Shown piece after piece: positions 25,458 to 32,000 of a stretch of DNA of 32,000 bases. Both the position numbers and the translations under genes were made by a program. Source of the DNA: Candidatus Electrothrix yaqonensis (GTDB taxonomy: Bacteria; Desulfobacterota; Desulfobulbia; Desulfobulbales; Desulfobulbaceae); NCBI GenBank assembly GCA_047651235.1, contig CP178758.1:1410001-1442000 (forward strand). The letters run 5' to 3'. The stretch's first letter is position 1, and each line of letters starts with the position of its first letter. The notes under the pieces are model-generated. The model ran no database searches and was not told the origin of the DNA. It worked only from the letters and a program-made list of their open reading frames with translations.

Positions 25458-26519
25458 TTACGCAATTGTTACCCCTTCAGATGCATCAAGCACCTCGCCG
25501 ATACAGATAGCCGACAGCACGCCGTTCTGCTGCAGGGCTTTCACGATTTCGACGGCCCGGTTCTTCGGCACGGAAAGCAGAAGGCCGCCTGAGGTCTGCG
25601 GATCGTAGAGCAGTTCTTCTTCATGGCGGGAAAGGGAAACGCGGATTTTTGGCTGATGGCGGGCAACCATAGCGCGATTGGCCTTGTTGCTGCCGGTTGT
25701 TTCCCCTTTTCTGTACATATCCGACGCGCCGGGATAAAACGGCAGCTCTTTGTACTTAAGCAGGGCACCGGTCCCGGAACCATGGACCATCTCCAGCAGA
25801 TGGCCGAGGATACCGAAGCCGGTAATGTCGGTACAGGCCCGGACCCCGAACTGCAGCGCGGTTTCGATTGCCGGACCGTTGAGCGCAGCGAGTGACGGCA
25901 GGATCTCCTGCTCGATTTCCGCAAACGGCATTCTGCCGGACCGGACTGCGTTGAACAGCACGCCGGAACCGAGCGGCTTGGTCAGGATCAGCGCGTCTCC
26001 GGGCAATGAACCGGCATTGGTCAGGATCCGTTCAGGATGTGCCGTGCCGTTGACGCACAGCCCGTACTTGGGTTCCTCATCATCAACCGTGTGGCCGCCG
26101 ACCAGCAGGGCTCCGGCCTCTGTAACCTTGTCATAGCCGCCCCGCAGAATGTCTTTCAGATAGCCCATGTCCAGGCGTTTCGACGGAAACATGACGACAT
26201 TCAGGGCGGTCACGGGCCTGCCGCCCATAGAGTAGACATCAGAAATGGAATTGGCCGCAGCAATCTGGCCGAACCAGTACGGATCGTCAACCGGTGGGGT
26301 GATAAAATCCACCGTGCTGATCATGGCGACCTCGCTGTTCAGCCGATACACCGCCGCGTCATCCGAGGTCTCGATACCGACCAGCAGATTCGAATCATTC
26401 GGGGGAGCAAACCCTGCAAGTGCGTCCGACAGAACTGCCGGACCGATCTTGGCTGCTCAACCGCAGGTACGGGCCAGTCCTGTGAGGGTTTTTTTTTTAA
26501 ACAATCCGCTGAATCGCAT
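25458..26519 (-). CDS. selD: Selenide, water dikinase (selenophosphate synthetase), Sec-containing; in-frame UGA at 26457..26459
   Basis: The track ORF (25458..26351) lacks the N-terminal active-site loop. My upstream translation in the same frame reads MRFSGLFKKKTLTGLARTCG-U-AAKIGPAVLSDALAGFAPPNDSNLLVGIETSDDAAVYRLNSEV..., with one TGA at the Cys/Sec position of the SelD family. The rest is canonical SelD (DFITPPVDDPYWFGQIAAANSISDVYSMGGRP...). 353 codons. Confidence 0.88.
26424..26443 (-). promoter_or_regulatory. Putative bacterial SECIS hairpin for the selD UGA
   Basis: mRNA sequence GUCCGGCA-GUUC-UGUCGGAC (8 bp including one G.U pair, 4-nt loop) begins 13 nt 3' of the UGA. Confidence 0.6.
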
Positions 26520-26645
26520 TACGTCGTATTAATCAATCAGGTTCCGGAGCTGTACGAGGTGTCTACCAACCCCTGTTCTGAAGATTCGGTCAACTTCTCT
26601 ATAATTACTCGATAATAAATATAATTTCAAACTACTACCACATCT

Positions 26646-26674
26646 ATAGTAAAGGCGGCTCCAGTGCTTGTCAA
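26646..26674 (-). promoter_or_regulatory. Candidate sigma70-type promoter for selD (TTGACA-N17-TACTAT)
   Basis: Minus strand reads TTGACA (26674..26669), a 17-nt spacer, then TACTAT (26651..26646), about 125 nt upstream of the ATG at 26519. Sequence match only. Confidence 0.35.
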
Positions 26675-27035
26675 GGCGAAACAGAGGGAATTGAAGCAGT
26701 CCGACCTGTATCTTTCCAATGTTGTTTACCTGTTCTCTATGTTCCCCGGATATTTTTCCAGAGCTATATCCTGCATCCCGTTGTATTTTCAATTTGAGTT
26801 CCTGCACAGCCGTATGCTGGTGTCTGTGCGGTAAATGCACCCGTCCTGTAAAAAATACTGGAAAACAGAGCCGGTACTGTGCTAAAAAAGAAGTCCCTGA
26901 TGCAATCTTTTCAGAAAAAACGAAGAATGAATATTATCCGATAACGCGATAACACAGCCCTGTTGCAAATAATTATGTTTGCTGTACAGGCGGCTGCAGT
27001 CCGCCACGGAGCACAAAAAAAGAAAGGTAACGATT

Positions 27036-28574
27036 ATGATAAAACTGATAAAAGAGGAACCGGAGTTTTTCGATGGTGACCTGATGGTATATTTTATTCG
27101 GGAAACCGGGGGAAAGGCCGTACTGTGTCCGTGCAAGGCTGTCCGGCGAAATCTGAAACATGCATGGAAGGCCGGAGATTTTACCGGTAAAAAGGGGCAG
27201 ACGTTACTTTTTTATCCGGCGGCAGCAAAAAAAGATATCAAAAAGAATCTTGCAGCGGAGCGGGTCCTGGTGGTCGGTCTCGGCAGGACAGATGATGAGG
27301 GAGACAAAAACGGCCGACGGGAACAGGTGCGGCTGGCGGCAGGAACGGCTGTGCGGCAGGCAGCGGGTCTGCAGGTGAAAAGTATGCTGGTTGTCCTGCC
27401 GGACAAAACCGGACTGGCAGATGACGAAGTTGCAGAATGCGTCAGCGAAGGGCTGATTCTGGGGAACTATCGTTTTGATAAATATAAGACAAAGAAAGAT
27501 GAAAAGAATGATGCGGCGGGCGTGAAGAGCTTTTTTCTTCAGCCGGGTAATCTTTCCCATGAGACGGCAAAACAGGGGATGCTTCGCGGAGAAAGAGCAG
27601 CAACAGCAGCCTGTCTGGCCAGAGATATGGCCAACGAGCCGGGAAACGGCTGGACGCCGGTACAGTTTGCTGAATTTGCCCAAAAAATGGCGGAAAAGCA
27701 GAGTCTGCAATGTACAGTCATGGGCAGGGAGGAAATGAAAAAGCTGGGCATGGGCGGTATTTTGGCGGTGAATCAGGGGTCTGCCCAGCCGCCCAGACTG
27801 GTGATACTCCGGTACGAGGGAGGGGACAAGAAAGCTCCGACCCTGATGCTGGTGGGCAAGGGCCTGACCTTTGATGCGGGCGGAATCAGCCTGAAACCGG
27901 CGCAGGGCATGCAGGACATGAAATACGATATGTGCGGCGGGGCTGCGGTGCTCGGTGCCATGCAGGCTATTGCCGAGGAGAAACCCAAGGGAATCAACGT
28001 GGTGGCTTTGGTTCCGTCCACCGAGAATTTGCCCGCTTCAGCTGCACTTAAACCCGGTGATATTATCACCCATTACAGCGGCAAGACCTCGGAAATCATC
28101 AACACCGATGCGGAAGGACGGCTCATCCTGGCGGACGCTCTTGCATACGGAATTGAGACTTGGAAGCCGGATGCCGTGATTGATCTGGCCACCCTAACAG
28201 GGGCGGTGATTGTCGGGCTTGGACATCATCGGACCGGCCTAATGTCCACAAACGACGCCCTGGCCGATCAGCTGATGGCCGCTGGAGAGCAGACCGGAGA
28301 ACCTTTGTGGCGACTTCCGCTCGGACCGGAGTATTCTAAACAGATTCACTCCCAGGTGGCGGATATCAAAAATAGCGGCGGCAAAGGGGCTGGCAGCATC
28401 ACGGCAGCTGCGTATTTACAGGAGTTTGTCGGCGATACGCCGTGGGCGCATCTTGATATTGCAGGCACAGCCTGGGGTTTCACTGAAAAGAGTTATATTC
28501 CCAAAGGTCCTTCCGGAATTGCTGTCCGCACCCTGGTTCATTTTGTCCGTCACTGGAGGGGCGGAAAGAAATGA
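27036..28574 (+). CDS. pepA: Leucyl aminopeptidase (M17)
   Basis: 512 aa from the ATG at 27036 (after AAAGG). Contains VGKGLTFDAGGISLKP, MKYDMCGGAAVLG, and NTDAEGRLILADAL (M17 signature). Confidence 0.93.
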   Translation: MIKLIKEEPEFFDGDLMVYFIRETGGKAVLCPCKAVRRNLKHAWKAGDFTGKKGQTLLFYPAAAKKDIKKNLAAERVLVVGLGRTDDEGDKNGRREQVRLAAGTAVRQAAGLQVKSMLVVLPDKTGLADDEVAECVSEGLILGNYRFDKYKTKKDEKNDAAGVKSFFLQPGNLSHETAKQGMLRGERAATAACLARDMANEPGNGWTPVQFAEFAQKMAEKQSLQCTVMGREEMKKLGMGGILAVNQGSAQPPRLVILRYEGGDKKAPTLMLVGKGLTFDAGGISLKPAQGMQDMKYDMCGGAAVLGAMQAIAEEKPKGINVVALVPSTENLPASAALKPGDIITHYSGKTSEIINTDAEGRLILADALAYGIETWKPDAVIDLATLTGAVIVGLGHHRTGLMSTNDALADQLMAAGEQTGEPLWRLPLGPEYSKQIHSQVADIKNSGGKGAGSITAAAYLQEFVGDTPWAHLDIAGTAWGFTEKSYIPKGPSGIAVRTLVHFVRHWRGGKK

Positions 28575-29104
28575 CACCAGAGAGAACAGAGATTGAGCGA
28601 ATTGAAAAAGAGTTCGGCTGGGTGATCGAGATCGAGGAGCGGATTCCCCTGTGGAAGACGGCCTCGATCATGGCCAGAGATTATGCCCGGATCAGGAAGT
28701 ACCTGGAGGGAAAGCAGGGTATTAAAACGGGGATACCCTATGCAAGATACCTTGATGTTGACTGGGAAGCGGAAATGACCAAGGAAGGAACCGGCAAGTT
28801 TCTCCGCCTGCTGACCGGAAAACGGCATGTTCAGGTGGGTATCCCCATCGGTATACATCTGGAAAGCTCCGGCCTGATGAACACCCGCAAGATTGGCAGA
28901 AGACTGTATATCAGAACTATGCATCACGGCCCGTATCATACGGTCGGTCAAACCTATAAAAACATCTATGCTTGGGCAAAAAAACAGGGAGAGACGCCGG
29001 GCAATCAATCCATAGAATGTTATCTTAATGACCCGCAGGAAACAGAAAAAAGCAGACTGGAAACAATGGTGCTGATTCCTGTGTCCGGCATAATAACAAG
29101 TTGA
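28571..29104 (+). CDS. GyrI-like small-molecule-binding domain protein
   Basis: 177 aa. HHGPYHTVGQTYKNIYAWAKKQGE...ECYLNDPQET...ETMVLIPV is the typical GyrI-like/AraC-effector-binding C-terminal pattern. Its start overlaps the pepA stop (ATGA). Confidence 0.78.
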   Translation: MTPERTEIERIEKEFGWVIEIEERIPLWKTASIMARDYARIRKYLEGKQGIKTGIPYARYLDVDWEAEMTKEGTGKFLRLLTGKRHVQVGIPIGIHLESSGLMNTRKIGRRLYIRTMHHGPYHTVGQTYKNIYAWAKKQGETPGNQSIECYLNDPQETEKSRLETMVLIPVSGIITS

Positions 29105-29134
29105 AAATACAGCGACTCAGCAACGGAGAATAAT

Positions 29135-30157
29135 ATGGCAAAGCGGAAAGGTATTACTGTCAGCAGGCAGATCATGGACAGTCAGCAGACCCACCCGGAA
29201 GCCACCGGGGCACTCACCGGTCTGCTCAATGAACTCATTGTGGCGGCCAAGATCATCAGTGCTGAGGTCAATATGGCCGGGCTTGCCGGGATATTGGGTC
29301 AGTCAGGCAAGACCAATATTCAGGGCGAGAAGGTGCAGAAGCTGGATGATTTTGCCAACCGGACCCTCAAGCGACGGATGGAACAGTGCGGCTATGTCTG
29401 CATTATGGGGTCAGAAGAGGATGAAGGGGTGATCCCGGTGCTTGACGGCTATGAAGGCAAATATACTGTGGCCTTTGACCCCCTTGACGGCTCTTCCAAC
29501 ATTGATGTCAATGTCAGCATCGGCACGATTTTTTCCGTGCATCGCCGCAAAAGTCAGGGCAAGCAGGGGGATATGATCGACCTCCTGCAGACAGGCCGTG
29601 AACAGGTGGCAGCCGGATATATCATCTACGGATCCAGTACCATGCTGGTCTACACTACCGGTCGCGGCGACGGAGTGCACGGCTTTACCCTAGACCCCAG
29701 CGTGGGAGAATTTTTTCTTTCCCATCCGGACATCACTATTCCCAAACAGGGGAAATACTACAGCATCAACGAGGCTTATTCCCATTACTGGCATGACAAT
29801 ACCCGTGCCTATATCGAGAAGCTGAAAGAGCTGGATCAGCAGGGCGAGCGTTCCTACAGCCTGCGCTATATCGGTTCCCTTGTTTCCGATTTTCACCGCA
29901 ACCTGATCCAGGGCGGCGTGTTTCTTTATCCCAGAGACAAAAAAAGCACGGACAAACCGTACGGCAAGCTGCGCCTGCTGTACGAGGCCGCACCGCTTGC
30001 TCTGGTTGTGGAAGAGGCCGGAGGTCGGGCCATCACCGATGACGGCCGCAATATCCTGGATATCGAACCCGTTGAACTGCATCAGCGGGTGCCGCTGATT
30101 ATCGGCTCGCAGGATGAGGTGGAGCTGGCGGAAAAATATCTTACCGCGGCCGGGTGA
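29135..30157 (+). CDS. fbp: Fructose-1,6-bisphosphatase class 1
   Basis: 340 aa. Contains FDPLDGSSNIDVNVSIGTIF, YIGSLVSDFHRNL and GKLRLLYEAAPLALVVEEAGG. Good RBS (GGAGAA). Confidence 0.96.
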   Translation: MAKRKGITVSRQIMDSQQTHPEATGALTGLLNELIVAAKIISAEVNMAGLAGILGQSGKTNIQGEKVQKLDDFANRTLKRRMEQCGYVCIMGSEEDEGVIPVLDGYEGKYTVAFDPLDGSSNIDVNVSIGTIFSVHRRKSQGKQGDMIDLLQTGREQVAAGYIIYGSSTMLVYTTGRGDGVHGFTLDPSVGEFFLSHPDITIPKQGKYYSINEAYSHYWHDNTRAYIEKLKELDQQGERSYSLRYIGSLVSDFHRNLIQGGVFLYPRDKKSTDKPYGKLRLLYEAAPLALVVEEAGGRAITDDGRNILDIEPVELHQRVPLIIGSQDEVELAEKYLTAAG

Positions 30158-30223
30158 GCCTGCGCTCTGTTCTTTTTTTCCCGTTTTTTCATGCTCTCAG
30201 GAGCTTTGTTTATACACGGCAGT

Positions 30224-30261
30224 CCTGCATTGAGATGATGATGGCATTACCTCAATGCAGG
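30224..30261. terminator. Perfect 11-bp inverted repeat between convergent fbp and mtaB (possible terminator or structured element)
   Basis: CCTGCATTGAG (30224..30234), a 16-nt loop, then CTCAATGCAGG (30251..30261). Only a weakly T-rich tail on the plus strand (GGCTTTCCTACCTTCTTTG). Confidence 0.3.
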
Positions 30262-30300
30262 GGCTTTCCTACCTTCTTTGTGGCTTGCGGCGGGATAGAA

Positions 30301-31608
30301 TCAGACTGCCTGTTCCCCGAAGACGGCTTTCTCCCGCAGCCGGACAAGCCGCACCGGCACCACGATTCCGGTCTGTCCGGCTGTCCCGCTGCACTGCACC
30401 GGGATATAGTTTTCCGAAAAACCTTTGAACAGACCGGTCTTTTTATCCTGCCGTTCAAGCAGGACGAGCTGTTCCGTACAGAGATGCCGTTGGTAAAAGG
30501 CTGTGCGCTTTTTCTGATCCAGCGTGCGCAGGTGGGCTACCCGCGCCTCCTTGACCGGGCCGGGCACCTGATCCGGAAACTCTGCCGCTGCAGTGCCGGG
30601 CCGAATGGAATAGGGAAAGACATGCAGGTAGGTGACAGGCAGGTCGTCGAGCAGCCGGAAGCTGTTCTCTGCCGCCTGTTCGTCCTCTCCCGGAAATCCC
30701 GCCAGAATGTCACAGCCGATGGCTGCATGGGGCAGGGCTGTATGAATTTTTTCGATGATCCGGGCAAAGAACTCGGTGCTGTACTTCCGGTTCATCCGGG
30801 AGAGCACCCCGTTATCGCCGCTCTGCAGAGGAATGTGCAGATGGGGCATGAAATTGGCATAACCGATTATCAAATCCAGCAGGCGGTCGTTGACCTCGGT
30901 CGGCTCCACTGAGCTGAGGCGGATGCGGAGGTTCGGGAATTCTCGGCATAAGGTCTCCAGCAGAGAATAGATACCCTGCCCTTCGTCCAGATCAAGGCCG
31001 TACTTGCCCACGTTAATCCCGGTGATAACCAGCTCCGGATAGCCCTCTTCGACAAAGACCCGGACCTGCTCCAGTACGTTTTTCAGGGGCAGACTGCGGC
31101 TGCGGCCTCTGGTATAGGGCACAATGCAGTAGGCGCAGAAGTTGTTGCAGCCGTCCTGAATGCGGAGATAGGCACGGGTTCGGCCGCTGAACCGGCGTAC
31201 CGGCAGGGGACAGATTTCCCTGGCCCTGCTGATGGCTGGCGGGACAGGGGAAGGCAGTTCTCCGCTCAACGCGGCCTGCACCACCTGATGCTTGCCGCTG
31301 TTGCCGATCACGGTCAGGGAACGGTCCGGTATCAGACCCGCCAGCTCCGTAGCTGATGCCTCGGCATAACAGCCGGTAACAATAAGCCGGACATCCGGGT
31401 TGGCCCGTGCGATTTTACGGATGAGCTGACGCGACTGCTGCCCTGCCCTGGCCGTGACAGCACAGGTGTTGATCACCACGATATCCGCTTCTTCTGCTGC
31501 AGAGACAACCGCGCAGTCCTGTTCCCGGAAACCGGTCAGAAAGGCGGCAGACTCGAACTGGTTGACCTTGCAGCCCAAGGTGGTGACAGCGACTTTCGGA
31601 GGGTTCAT
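30301..31608 (-). CDS. mtaB: Radical SAM methylthiotransferase, MtaB-like (ms2t6A tRNA)
   Basis: 435 aa. UPF0004 N-domain TLGCKVNQFES...INTCAVT, radical SAM CNNFCAYCIVP, and a TRAM-like C-terminus. MtaB rather than MiaB/RimO is judged from overall pattern only. Confidence 0.85.
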   Translation of the reverse strand: MNPPKVAVTTLGCKVNQFESAAFLTGFREQDCAVVSAAEEADIVVINTCAVTARAGQQSRQLIRKIARANPDVRLIVTGCYAEASATELAGLIPDRSLTVIGNSGKHQVVQAALSGELPSPVPPAISRAREICPLPVRRFSGRTRAYLRIQDGCNNFCAYCIVPYTRGRSRSLPLKNVLEQVRVFVEEGYPELVITGINVGKYGLDLDEGQGIYSLLETLCREFPNLRIRLSSVEPTEVNDRLLDLIIGYANFMPHLHIPLQSGDNGVLSRMNRKYSTEFFARIIEKIHTALPHAAIGCDILAGFPGEDEQAAENSFRLLDDLPVTYLHVFPYSIRPGTAAAEFPDQVPGPVKEARVAHLRTLDQKKRTAFYQRHLCTEQLVLLERQDKKTGLFKGFSENYIPVQCSGTAGQTGIVVPVRLVRLREKAVFGEQAV

Positions 31609-32000
31609 TCAGTGCCCTGTCCCGTCCGGCGGGCCAGCAGCACATCAAAGTCCTTCCTCTTGGTTCCCCCTTCATATTTCCAGGCATAGCCCTGCTCGAT
31701 TATATGCTCATTGAGTGAGGTTTCATCACCGTCAGTATAGAGCACTCCCAGAACTCTGCCGTATTTTTCGTCGCCGAGATCGGTTCTGATAAGAATTTCT
31801 TTTGCTGCTGCAAGATGTTCCTTTAACCATTCTTTGGCTTCAAGGCCGAACTTCTTTTCTTTGAGATCTCTTGTCCGGCTTTCCGGAGTATCGACGCCTG
31901 ACAGCCGGATCCGTTTGGCAAGAGAAATATCAAAGCCGAGATCAATAATCACATCAACCGTGTCGCCGTCAACAACTTTACTGATCTTGCTTACTTTATA
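31605..32000 (-). CDS. Staphylococcal-nuclease-like (thermonuclease family) protein, C-terminal part (start beyond the right edge)
   Basis: The frame stays open to the window edge: YKVSKISKVVDGDTVDVIIDLGFDISLAKRIRLSGVDTPESR... DGDT and GVDTPE are SNase motifs. Its stop overlaps the mtaB start (ATGA). Confidence 0.8.
   Translation of the reverse strand, partial: YKVSKISKVVDGDTVDVIIDLGFDISLAKRIRLSGVDTPESRTRDLKEKKFGLEAKEWLKEHLAAAKEILIRTDLGDEKYGRVLGVLYTDGDETSLNEHIIEQGYAWKYEGGTKRKDFDVLLARRTGQGTE

Noticed and set aside
26385-26396. GATTCGAATC, which resembles a tRNA T-arm (GTTCGAATC), near the selD Sec codon. I considered it as a possible selC/tRNA fragment.
   Set aside because: It lies inside the selD reading frame (encoding N-D-S-N-L). 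The leading base does not fit the T-arm consensus. No acceptor, D or anticodon arms can be built around it.
26719-26952. 77-aa Cys-rich ORF (MLFTCSLCSPDIF..., 10 Cys) in the selD-pepA gap as a candidate small secreted or RiPP-like peptide. The same applies to the 103-aa minus-strand ORF 26529..26840.
   Set aside because: Neither has a Shine-Dalgarno sequence, a recognisable leader or core architecture, or neighbouring modification enzymes. The composition matches random translation of AT-rich DNA. I kept the region only as an unexplained non-coding gap.
1-32000. Search by eye for CRISPR arrays, IS or transposon ends, integrases, tRNA or rRNA genes, prophage or defence-island signatures, and toxin-antitoxin pairs.
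   Set aside because: I saw no regularly spaced repeats, no transposase, integrase or recombinase-like ORFs, and no tRNA-like cloverleaf candidates. Every large ORF has a housekeeping, metabolic or signalling assignment. The window looks like core chromosome rather than an accessory island.

Overview
Gene-dense bacterial chromosomal window. I call about 35 protein genes and found no rRNA, tRNA, CRISPR array, transposase or integrase. By eye the GC content is moderate, and the short AT-rich stretches coincide with intergenic regions. The gene content looks compatible with a Desulfobacterota-type (deltaproteobacterial) genome, but that is inference only.

Layout:
- 1-4.9 kb, minus strand: the conserved translation operon ffh-rpsP-KH-rimM-trmD-(SPOUT methyltransferase)-rplS-rnhB. 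rnhB runs off the left edge and is missing from the ORF track.
- 5.1-7.9 kb, minus strand: fabD, a HAD hydrolase, a small Cys-rich ORF and a secreted OB-fold-like protein. A pair of out-of-frame ORFs lies upstream at 7962-8427.
- 8.6-11.2 kb, plus strand: a tightly coupled operon of amphi-Trp protein, FabG-like, FabZ-like, FabI-like and DUF1232.
- 11.3-15.2 kb, minus strand: tsaC, then a FecR-domain protein with a CHASE2 class III nucleotide cyclase.
- 15.5-19.1 kb, minus strand: PLP histidine-decarboxylase-family enzyme, ACT protein, a lone LivH permease and an AmgK-like kinase.
- 19.5-24.3 kb, plus strand: DUF3524 glycosyltransferase, aroK, a hybrid sensor kinase and a REC/HD-GYP regulator.
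- 24.3-26.5 kb, minus strand: a KamA-family radical SAM enzyme and selD.
- 27.0-32.0 kb: pepA, a GyrI-like protein and fbp on the plus strand; mtaB and a partial SNase-like nuclease on the minus strand.

The best-supported non-obvious result is that selD is a selenoprotein gene. The ORF track truncates it at an in-frame TGA (26457-26459). SelD-like sequence continues upstream to an ATG at 26519, and a SECIS-like hairpin follows the TGA.

I do not see a convincing defence, mobile or otherwise clearly novel multi-gene system. The unusual gene neighbourhoods and sequence motifs are listed as hypotheses with modest interest scores.
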